Assembly (NCBI GenBank): GCA_964016885.1
Contig: OZ024745.1
Coordinates: 47,802,001 to 47,866,000, forward strand
Length of the DNA stretch: 64,000 bases
Direction of reading: 5' to 3'
From: Eledone cirrhosa
Lineage: Eukaryota
In this document: piece by piece, positions 14,801-26,400 of the stretch
Layout of the letters: every line of letters starts with the position of its first letter
Numbering within the stretch: position 1 is the stretch's first letter
The notes under the pieces: model-generated
Told to the model about the DNA's origin: nothing
What the model saw: only the letters and a program-made list of their open reading frames with translations
Databases searched by the model: none
Program-made: the position numbers and the translations under genes

Positions 14801-14811
14801 TAGCTTTCCTC
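2821..14811. repeat. Dispersed ~3.8 kb block duplication: ~2821-6590 repeated at ~11042-14811 (offset 8221 = 155 monomers + 6); a third partial copy lies at 1-~2810
   Basis: The rare marker CAAGATACAGC has its variant A at 2549, 5941 and 14162. The CAAGTT-GCTG monomer occurs at 1, 3340 and 11561. GTATAGATTT, CTCACGAC and CAAAGTA markers follow in the same order in each copy. Confidence 0.9.
7906..11507. repeat. Tandem duplication of a 34-monomer unit (1801 bp)
   Basis: CCTATACC marker at 7921 and 9722, and a shared 1-bp deletion (TAGAAACTTC) at 8261 and 10062. Both offsets are 1801 = 34x53-1. Confidence 0.92.
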
Positions 14812-17800
14812 TACCTCATGACAACAGTACTAGAAACGTTCTCTTGCAAGGTATAGCTTTCCTCTAGCTGATGACAACAGTACTAGAAACGTTCTCTTGC
14901 AAGGTATAGCTTTCGTCTAGCTCATGACAACAGTACTAGAAACGTTCTCTTGCAAGGTATAGCTTTCCTCTACCTCATGACAACAGTACTAGAAACGTTC
15001 TCTTGCAAGGTATAGCTTTCCTCTACCTCATGACAACAGTACTAGAAACGTTCTCTTGCAAGGTATAGCTTTCCTGTAGCTCATGACAACAGTACTAGAA
15101 ACGTTCTCTTGTAAGGTGTAGCTTTCCTCTAGCTGATGACAACAGTACTAGAAACGTTCTCTTGCAAGGTATAGCTTTCCTCTAGCTGATGACAACAGTA
15201 CTAGAAACGTTCTCTTGCAAGGTATAGCTTTCCTCTACCTCATGACAACAGTACTAGAAACGTTCTCTTGCAAGGTATAGCTTTCCTCTAGCTGATGACA
15301 ACAGTACTAGAAACGTTCTCTTGCAAGGTATAGCTTTCCTATATCTCATGACAACAGTACTAGAAACGTTCTCTTGCAAGGTATAGCTTTCCTCTAGCTG
15401 ATGACAACAGTACTAGAAACGTTCTCTTGCAAGGTATAGCTTTCCTCTAGCTCATGACAACAGTACTAGAAACGTTCTCTTGCAAGGTATAGCTTTCCTC
15501 TAGCTGATGACAAGAATACTAGAAACGTTCTCTTGCAAGGTATAGCTTTCCTCTAGCTGATGACAACAGTACTAGAAACGTTCTCTTGCAAGGTATAGCT
15601 TTCCTCTAGCTGATGACAACAGTACTAGAAACGTTCTCTTGCAAGGTATAGCTTTCGTCTAGCTCATGACAACAGTACTAGAAACCTTCTCTTGCAAGGT
15701 ATAGCTTTCCTCTAGCTCATGACAACAGTACTAGAAACGTTCTCTTGCAAGGTATAGCTTTCCTCTAGCTCATGACAACAGTACTAGAAACGTTCTCTTG
15801 CAAGGTATAGCTTTCCTCTACCTCATGACAACAGTACTAGAAACGTTCTCTTGCAAGGTATAGCTTTCCTCTACCTCATGACAACAGTACTAGAAACGTT
15901 CTCTTGCAAGGTATAGCTTTCCTCTAGTTCATGACAACAATACTAGAAACGTTCTCATGCAAGGTATAGCTTTCCTCTACCTCATGACAACAGTACTAGA
16001 AACGTTCTCTTGCAAGGTATAGCTTTCTTCTAGCTCATGACAACGGTACTAGAAACGTTCTCTTGCAAGGTATAGCTTTCGTCTACCTCATGACAACAGT
16101 ACTAGAAACGTTCTCTTGCAAGGTATAGCTTTCCTCTAGCTGATGACAACAGTACTAGAAACGTTCTCTTGCAAGGTATAGCTTTCCTCTAGCTGATGAC
16201 AACAGTACTAGAAACGTTCTCTTGCAAGGTATAGCTTTCCTATATCTCATGACAACAGTACTAGAAACGTTCTCTTGCAAGGTATAGCTTTCCTCTAGCT
16301 GATGACAACAGTACTAGAAACGTTCTCTTGCAAGGTATAGCTTTCCTCTAGCTGATGACAACAGTACTAGAAACGTTCTCTTGCAAGTTATAGCTTTCCT
16401 CTAGCTGATGACAAGAATACTAGAAACGTTCTCTTGCAAGGTATAGCTTTCCTCTAGCTGATGACAACAGTACTAGAAACGTTCTCTTGCAAGGTATAGC
16501 TTTCCTCTAGCTGATGACAACAGTACTAGAAACGTTCTCTTGCAAGGTATAGCTTTTGTCTAGCTCATGACAACAGTACTAGAAACGTTCTCTTGCAAGG
16601 TATAGCTTTCCTCTACCTCATGACAACAGTACTAGAAACGTTCTCTTGCAAGGTATAGCTTTCCTCTAGCTCATGACAACAGTACTAGAAACCTTCTCTT
16701 GCAAGGTATAGCTTTCCTCTAGCTCATGACAACAGTACTAGAAACGTTCTCTTGCAAGGTATAGCTTTCCTCTACCTCATGACAACAGTACTAGAAACGT
16801 TCTCTTGCAAGGTATAGCTTTCCTCTAGTTCATGACAACAATACTAGAAACGTTCTCATGCAAGGTATAGCTTTCCTCTACCTCATGACAACAGTACTAG
16901 AAACGTTCTCTTGCAAGTTATAGCTTTCTTCTAGCTCATGACAACGGTACTAGAAACGTTCTCTTGCAAGGTATAGCTTTCGTCTACCTCATGACAACAG
17001 TACTAGAAACGTTCTCTTGCAAGGTATAGCTTTCCTCTAGCTGATGACAACAGTACTAGAAACGTTCTCTTGCAAGGTATAGCTTTCCTCTCCCTCATGA
17101 CAACAGTACTAGAAACGTTCTCTTGCTTGCAAGGTATAGCTTTCCTCTACCTCAAGACAACGGTACTAGAAACGTTCTCTTGCAAGGTATAGCTTTCCTC
17201 TAGCTGATGACAACAGTACTAGAAACGTTCTCTTGCAAGGTATAGCTTTCCTCTAGCTGATGACAACAGTACTAGAAACCTTCTCTTGCAAGGTATAGCT
17301 TTCCTCTAGCTCATGACAACAGTACTAGAAACGTTCTCTTGCAAGGTATAGCTTTCCTCTACCTCATGACAACAGTACTAGAAACGTTCTCTTGCAAGGT
17401 ATAGCTTTCCTCTAGCTGATGACAACAGTACTAGAAACGTTCTCTTGCAAGGTATAGCTTTCCTCTACCTCATGACAACAGTACTAGAAACGTTCTCTTG
17501 CAAGGTATAGCTTTCCTCTAGCTCATGACAACAGTACTAGAAGCGTTCTCTTGCAAGGTATAGCTTTCCTCTACCTCATGACAACAGTACTAGAAACGTT
17601 CTCTTGCAAGGTATAGCTTTCCTCTACCTCATGACAACAGTACTAGAAACGTTCTCTTGCAAGGTATAGCTTTCCTCTAGCTGATGACAACAGTACTAGA
17701 AACGTTCTCTTGCAAGGTATAGCTTTCGTCTAGCTCATGACAACAGTACTAGAAACGTTCTCTTGCAAGGTATAGCTTTCCTCTACCTCATGACAACAGT

Positions 17801-20420
17801 ACTAGAAACGTTCTCTTGCAAGGTATAGCTTTCCTCTACCTCATGACAACAGTACTAGAAACGTTCTCTTGCAAGGTATAGCTTTCCTGTAGCTCATGAC
17901 AACAGTACTAGAAACGTTCTCTTGTAAGGTGTAGCTTTCCTCTAGCTGATGACAACAGTACTAGAAACGTTCTCTTGCAAGGTATAGCTTTCCTCTAGCT
18001 GATGACAACAGTACTAGAAACGTTCTCTTGCAAGGTATAGCTTTCCACTACCTCATGACAACAGTACTAGAAACGTTCTCTTGCAAGGTATAGCTTTCCT
18101 CTAGCTGATGACAACAGTACTAGAAACGTTCTCTTGCAAGGTATAGCTTTCCTATATCTCATGACAACAGTACTAGAAACTTTCTCTTGCAAGGTATAGC
18201 TTTCCTCTAGCTGATGACAACAGTACTAGAAACGTTCTCTTGCAAGGTATAGCTTTCCTCTAGCTCATGACAACAGTACTAGAAACGTTCTCTTGCAAGG
18301 TATAGCTTTCCTCTAGCTGATGACAAGAATACTAGAAACGTTCTCTTGCAAGGTATAGCTTTCCTCTAGCTGATGACAACAGTACTAGAAACGTTCTCTT
18401 GCAAGGTATAGCTTTCCTCTACCTCATGACAACAGTACTAGAAACGTTCTCTTGCAAGGTATAGCTTTCGTCTAGCTCATGACAACAGTACTAGAAACGT
18501 TCTCTTGCAAGGTATAGCTTTCCTCTACCTCATGACAACAGTACTAGAAACGTTCTCTTGCAAGGTATAGCTTTCCTCTAGCTCATGACAACAGTACTAG
18601 AAACGTTCTCTTGCAAGGTATAGCTTTCCTCTAGCTCATGACAACAGTACTAGAAACGTTCTCTTGCAAGGTATAGCTTTCCTCTACCTCATGACAACAG
18701 TACTAGAAACGTTCTCTTGCAAGGTATAGCTTTCCTCTAGTTCATGACAACAATACTAGAAACGTTCTCATGCAAGGTATAGCTTTCCTCTACCTCATGA
18801 CAACAGTACTAGAAACGTTCTCTTGCAAGGTATAGCTTTCTTCTAGCTCATGACAACGGTACTAGAAACGTTCTCTTGCAAGGTATAGCTTTCGTCTACC
18901 TCATGACAACAGTACTAGAAACGTTCTCTTGCAAGGTATAGCTTTCCTCTAGCTGATGACAACAGTACTAGAAACGTTCTCTTGCAAGGTATAGCTTTCC
19001 TCTAGCTGATGACAACAGTACTAGAAACGTTCTCTTGCAAGGTATAGCTTTCCTATATCTCATGACAACAGTACTAGAAACGTTCTCTTGCAAGGTATAG
19101 CTTTCCTCTAGCTGATGACAACAGTACTAGAAACGTTCTCTTGCAAGGTATAGCTTTCCTCTAGCTCATGACAACAGTACTAGAAACGTTCTCTTGCAAG
19201 GTATAGCTTTCCTCTAGCTGATGACAAGAATACTAGAAACGTTCTCTTGCAAGGTATAGCTTTCCTCTAGCTGATGACAACAGTACTAGAAACGTTCTCT
19301 TGCAAGGTATAGCTTTCCTCTAGCTGATGACAACAGTACTAGAAACGTTCTCTTGCAAGGTATAGCTTTCGTCTAGCTCATGACAACAGTACTAGAAACG
19401 TTCTCTTGCAAGGTATAGCTTTCCTCTAGCTCATGACAACAGTACTAGAAACGTTCTCTTGCAAGGTATAGCTTTCCTCTAGCTCATGACAACAGTACTA
19501 GAAACGTTCTCTTGCAAGGTATAGCTTTCCTCTAGCTCATGACAACAGTACTAGAAACGTTCTCTTGCAAGGTATAGCTTTCCTCTACCTCATGACAACA
19601 GTACTAGAAACGTTCTCTTGCAAGGTATAGCTTTCCTCTAGTTCATGACAACAATACTAGAAACGTTCTCATGCAAGGTATAGCTTTCCTCTACCTCATG
19701 ACAACAGTACTAGAAACGTTCTCTTGCAAGGTATAGCTTTCGTCTAGCTCATGACAACGGTACTAGAAACGTTCTCTTGCAAGGTATAGCTTTCATCTAC
19801 CTCATGACAACAGTACTAGAAACGTTCTCTTGCAAGGTATAGCTTTCCTCTAGCTGATGACAACAGTACTAGAAACGTTCTCTTGCAAGGTATAGCTTTC
19901 CTCTCCCTCATGACAACAGTACTAGAAACGTTCTCTTGCTTGCAAGGTATAGCTTTCCTCTACCTCAAGACAACGGTACTAGAAACGTTCTCTTGCAAGG
20001 TATAGCTTTCCTCTAGCTGATGACAACAGTACTAGAAACGTTCTCTTGCAAGGTATAGCTTTCCTCTAGCTGATGACAACAGTACTAGAAACCTTCTCTT
20101 GCAAGGTATAGCTTTCCTCTAGCTCATGACAACAGTACTAGAAACGTTCTCTTGCAAGGTATAGCTTTCCTCTACCTCATGACAACAGTACTAGAAACGT
20201 TCTCTTGCAAGGTATAGCTTTCCTCTAGCTGATGACAACAGTACTAGAAACGTTCTCTTGCAAGGTATAGCTTTCCTCTACCTCATGACAACAGTACTAG
20301 AAACGTTCTCTTGCAAGGTATAGCTTTCCTCTAGCTCATGACAACAGTACTAGAAGCGTTCTCTTGCAAGGTATAGCTTTCCTCTACCTCATGACAACAG
20401 TACTAGAAACGTTCTCTTGC
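14790..20420. repeat. Tandem duplication of a 53-monomer unit (2813 bp) containing an internal 17-monomer (901 bp) repeat
   Basis: GTAAGGTGTA at 15111/17924, TTGC insertion at 17123/19936 and AAGCG at 17541/20354 all have offset 2813. TAGTTCATG occurs at 15925, 16826, 18738 and 19639 (901 apart within each unit). Confidence 0.9.
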
Positions 20421-23400
20421 AAGGTATAGCTTTCCTCTAGCTTATGACAAGAGTACTAGAAACGTTCTCTTGCAAGGTATAGCTTTCCTGTAGCTCATGA
20501 CAACAGTACTAGAAACGTTCTCTTGCAAGGTATAGCTTTCCTCTAGCTGATGACAAGTATACTAGAAACGTTCTCTTGCAAGGTATAGCTTTCCTCTACC
20601 TCATGACAACAGTACTAGAAACGTTCTCTTGCAAGGTATAGCTTTCCTCTAGCTGATGACAACAGTACTAGAAACGTTCTCTTGCAAGGTATAGCTTTCC
20701 TCTACCTCATGACAACAGTACTAGAAACGTTCTCTTGCAAGGTATAGCTTTCCTCTACCTCATGACAACAGTACTAGAAACGTTCTCTTGCAAGGTATAG
20801 CTTTCCTCTAGCTGATGACAACAGTACTAGAAACGTTCTCTTGCAAGGTATAGCTTTCCTCTCCCTCATGACAACAGTACTAGAAACGTTCTCTTGCAAG
20901 TTATAGCTTTCCTCTACCTCATGACAACAGTACTAGAAACGTTCTCTTGCAAGGTATAGCTTTCCTCTACCTCATGACAACAGTACTAGAAACGTTCTCT
21001 TGCAAGGTATAGCTTTCCTCTACCTCATGACAACAGTACTAGAAACGTTCTCTTGCAAGGTATAGCTTTCCTCTACCTCATGACAACAGTACTAGAAACG
21101 TTCTCTTGCAAGGTATAGCTTTCCTGTAGCTCATCACAACAGTACTAGAAACGTTCTCTTGTAAGATGTAGCTTTCCTCTAGCTGATGACAACAGTACTA
21201 GAAACGTTCTCTTGCAAGGTATAGCTTTCCTCTACCTCATCACAACAGTACTAGAAACGTTCTCTTGCAAGGTATAGCTTTCCTCTAGCTGATGACAACA
21301 GTACTAGAAACGTTCTCTTGCAAGGTATAGCTTTCCTCTACCTCATCACAACAGTACTAGAAACGTTCTCTTGCAAGGTATAGCTTTCCTCTAGCTGATG
21401 ACAACAGTACTAGAAACGTTCTCTTGCAAGGTATAGCTTTCCTCTATCTCATGACAACAGTACTAGAAACGTTCTCTTGCAAGGTATAGCTTTCCTCTAG
21501 CTGATGACAACAGTACTAGAAACGTTCTCTTGCAAGGTATAGCTTTCCTCTACCTCATCACAACAGTACTAGAAACGTTCTCTTGCAAGGTATAGCTTTC
21601 TTCTACCTCATGACAACAATACTAGAAACGTTCTCTTGCAAGGTATAGCTTTCCTCTAGCTCATGACAACAGTACTAGAAACGTTCTCTTGCAAGGTATA
21701 GCTTTCCTCTAGCTGATGACAAGAATACTAGAAACGTTCTCTTGCAAGGTATAGCTTTCCTCTAGCTAATGACAACAGTACTAGAAACGTTCTCTTGCAA
21801 GGTATAGCTTTCCTCTAGCTGATGACAACAGTACTAGAAACGTTCTCTTGCAAGGTATAGCTTTCGTCTAGCTCATGACAAGAGTACTAGAAACGTTCTC
21901 TTGCAAGGTATAGCTTTCCTCTACCTCATGACAACAGAACTAGAAACGTTCTCTTGCAAGGTATAGCTTTCCTCTAGCTGATGACAACAGTACTAGAAAC
22001 GTTCTCTTGCAAGGTATAGCTTTCCTCTAGCTGATGACAACAGTACTAGAAACGTTCTCTTGCAAGGTATAGCTTTCCTCTACCTCATGACAACAGTACT
22101 AGAAACGTTCTCTTGCAAGGTATAGCTTTCCTCTAGCTGATGACAACAGTACTAGAAACGTTCTCTTGCAAGGTATAGCTTTCCTCTACCTCATGACAAC
22201 AGTACTAGAAACGTTCTCTTGCAAAGTATAGCTTTCCTCTAGCTGATGACAACAGTACTAGAAACGTTCTCTTGCAAGGTATAGCTTTCCTCTCCCTCAT
22301 GACAACAGTACTAGAAACGTTCTCTTGCAAGGTATAGCTTTCCTCTACCTCATGACAACAGTACTAGAAACGTTCTCTTGCAAGGTATAGCTTTCCTCTA
22401 CCTCATGACAACAGTACTAGAAACGTTCTCTTGCAAGGTACAGCTTTCCTCTACCTCATCACAACAGTACTAGAAACGTTCTCTTGCAAGGTATAGCTTT
22501 CCTCTACCTCATGACAACAGTACTAGAAACGTTCTCTTGCAAGGTATAGCTTTCCTCTAGCTCATGACAACAATACTAGAAACGTTCTCTTGCAAGGTAT
22601 AGCTTTCCTCTACCTCATGACAACAGTACTAGAAACGTTCTCTTGCAAGGTATAGCTTTCTTCTACCTCATGACAACAATACTAGAAACGTTCTCTTGCA
22701 AGGTATAGCTTTCTACTAGCTCATGACAACAGTACTAGAAACGTTCTCTTGCAAGGTATAGCTTTCCTCTACCTCATGACAAGAATACTAGAAACGTTCT
22801 CTTGCAAGGTATAGCTTTCGTCTAGCTCATGACAACAGTACTAGAAACGTTCTCTTGCAAGGTATAGCTTTCCTCTACCTCATGACAACAGTACTAGAAA
22901 CGTTCTCTTGCAAGGTATAGCTTTCCTCTAGCTGATTACAACAGTACTAGAAACCTTCTCTTGCAAGGTATAGCTTTCCTCTAGCTCATGACAACAGTAC
23001 TAGAAACGTTCTCTTGCCAGGTATAGCTTTCCTCTACCTCATGACAACAGTACTAGAAACGTTCTCTTGCAAGGTATAGCTTTCCTCTAGCTGATGACAA
23101 CAGTACTAGAAACGTTCTCTTGCAAGGTATAGCTTTCCTCTACCTCATGACAACAGTACTAGAAACGTTTTCTTGCAAGGTATAGCTTTCCTCTAGCTCA
23201 TCACAACAGTACTAGAAACGTTCTCTTGCAAGGTATAGCTTTCCTCTACCTCATGACAACAGTACTAGAAACGTTCTCTTGCAATGTATAGCTTTCCTCT
23301 AGCTCATGACAACAGTACTAGAAACGTTCTCTTGCAAGGTATAGCTTTCCTCTACCTCATGACAACAGTACTAGAAACGTTCTCTTGCAAGGTATAGCTT

Positions 23401-26400
23401 TCCTCTACCTCATGACAACAGTACTAGAAACGTTCTCTTGCAAGGTATAGCTTTCCTCTACCTCATGACAACAGTACTAGAAACGTTCTCTTGCAAGGTA
23501 TAGCTTTCCTCTAGCTGATGACAACAGTACTAGAAACGTTCTCTTGCAAGGTATAGCTTTCCTCTCCCTCATGACAACAGTACTAGAAACGTTCTCTTGC
23601 AAGGTATAGCTTTCCCCTACCTCATGACAACAGTACTAGAAACGTTCTCTTGCAAGGTATAGCTTTCCTCTACCTCATGACAACAGTACTAGAAACGTTC
23701 TCTTGCAAGGTACAGCTTTCCTCTACCTCATGACAACAGTACTAGAAACGTTCTCTTGCAAGGTATAGCTTTCCTCTACCTCATGACAACAGTACTAGAA
23801 ACGTTCTCTTGCAAGGTATAGCTTTCCTGTAGCTCATGACAACAGTACTAGAAACGTTCTCTTGTAAGGTATAGCTTTCCTCTAGCTGATGACAACAGTA
23901 CTAGAAACGTTCTCTTGCAGGGTATAGCTTTCCTCTAGTTGATGACAACAGTACCAGAAACGTTCTCTTGCAAGGTATAGCTTTCCTCTAGCTGATGACA
24001 ACAGTACTAGAAATCTTCTCTTGCAAGGTATAGCTTTCCTCTAGCTCATGACAACAGTACTAGAAACGTTCTCTTGCAAGGTATAGCTTTCCTCTACCTC
24101 ATGACAGCAGTACTAGAAACGTTCTCTTGCAAGGTATAGCTTTCCTCTAGCTGATGACAACAGTACTAGAAACGTTCTCTTGCAAGGTATAGCTTTCCTC
24201 TACCTCATGACAACAGTACTAGAAACGTTTTCTTGCAAGGTATAGCTTTCCTCTAGCTCATGACAACAGCACTAGAAACGTTCTCTTGCAAGGTATAGCT
24301 TTCCTCTACCTCATGACAACAGTACTAGAAACGTTCTCTTGCAATGTATAGCTTTCCTCTAGCTCATGACAACAGTACTAGAAACGTTATCTTGCAAGGT
24401 ATAGCTTTCCTCTACCTCATGACAACAGTACTAGAAACGTTCTCTTGCAAGGTATAGCTTTCCTCTACCTCATGACAACAGTACTAGAAACGTTCTCTTG
24501 CAAGGTATAGCTTTCCTCTACCTCATGACAACAGTACTAGAAACGTTCTCTTGCAAGGTATAGCTTTCCTCTAGCTGATGACAACAGTACTAGAAACGTT
24601 CTCTTGCAAGGTATAGCTTTCCTCTCCCTCATGACAACAGTTCTAGAAACGTTCTCTTGCAAGGTATAGCTTTCCTCTACCTCATGACAACAGTACTAGA
24701 AACGTTCTCTTGCAAGGTATAGCTTTCCTCTACCTCATGACAACAGTACTAGAAACGTTCTCTTGCAAGGTACAGCTTTCCTCTACCTCATGACAACAGT
24801 ACTAGAAACGTTCTCTTGCAAGGTATAGCTTTCCTCTACCTCATGACAACAGTACTAGAAACGTTCTCTTGCAAGGTATAGCTTTCCTGTAGCTCATGAC
24901 AACAGTACTAGAAACGTTCTCTTGTAAGGTATAGCTTTCCTCTAGCTGATGACAACAGTACTAGAAACGTTCTCTTGCAAGGTATAGCTTTCTTCTAGCT
25001 GATGACAACAGTACCAGAAACGTTCTCTTGCAAGGTATAGCTTTCCTCTACCTCATGACAACAGTACTAGAAACGTTCTCTTGCAAGGTATAGCTTTCCT
25101 CTAGCTGATGACAACAGTATTAGAAACGTTCTCTTGCAAGGTATAGCTTTCCTCTACCTCATGACAACAGTACTAGAAACGTTCTCTTGCAAGTTATAGC
25201 TTTCCTCTAGCTGATGACAACAGTACTAGAAACGTTCTCTTGCAAGGTATAGCTTTCCTCTACCTCATCACAACAGTACTAGAAACGTTCTCTTGCAAGG
25301 TATAGCTTTCCTCTAGCTGATGACAACATTACTAGAAACGTTCTCTTGCAAGTTATAGCTTTCATCTACCTCATCACAACAGTACTAGAAACGTTCTCTT
25401 GCAAGGTATAGCTTTCTTCTACCTCATGACAACAGTACTAGAAACGTTCTCTTGCAAGGTATAGCTTTCCTCTACCTCATGACAACAGTACTAGAAACGT
25501 TCTCTTGCAAGGTATAGCTTTCCTCTAGCTCATGACAACAATACTAGAAACGTTCTCTTGCAAGGTATAGCTTTCCTCTAGCTGATGACAACAGTACTAG
25601 AAACGTTCTCTTGCAAGGTATAGCTTTCGTCTACCTCATGACAACAGTACTAGAAACGTTCTCTTGCAAGGTATAGCTTTCCTCTAGCTCATGACAACAG
25701 TAGTAGAAACGTTCTCTTGCAAGGTATAGCTTTCCTCTACCTCATGACAATAGTACTAGAAACGTTCTCTTGCAAGGTATAGCTTTCCTCTAGCTCATGA
25801 CAACAATACTAGAAACGTTCTCTTGCAAGGTATAGCTTTCCTCTACCTCATCACAACAGTACTAGAAACGTTCTCTTGCAAGGTATAGCTTTCTTCTACC
25901 TCATGACAACAATACTAGAAACGTTCTCTTGCAAGGTATAGCTTTCCTCTAGCTCATGACAACAGTACTAGAAACGTTCTCTTGCAAGGTATAGCTTTCC
26001 TCTAGCTGATGACAAGAATACTAGAAACGTTCTCTTGCAAGGTATAGCTTTCCTCTAGCTAATGACAACAGTACTAGAAACGTTCTCTTGCAAGGTATAG
26101 CTTTCGTCTAGCTCATGACAACAGTACTAGAAACGTTCTCTTGCAAGGTATAGCTTTCCTCTACCTCATGACAACAGTACTAGAAACGTTCTCTTGCAAG
26201 GTATAGCTTTCCTCTAGCTGATGACAACAGTACTAGAAACCTTCTCTTGCAAGGTATAGCTTTCCTCTAGCTCATGACAACAGTACTAGAAACGTTCTCT
26301 TACAAGGTATAGCTTTCCTCTACCTCATGACAACAGTACTAGAAACGTTCTCTTGCAAGGTATAGCTTTCCTCTAGCTGATGACAACAGTACTAGAAACG

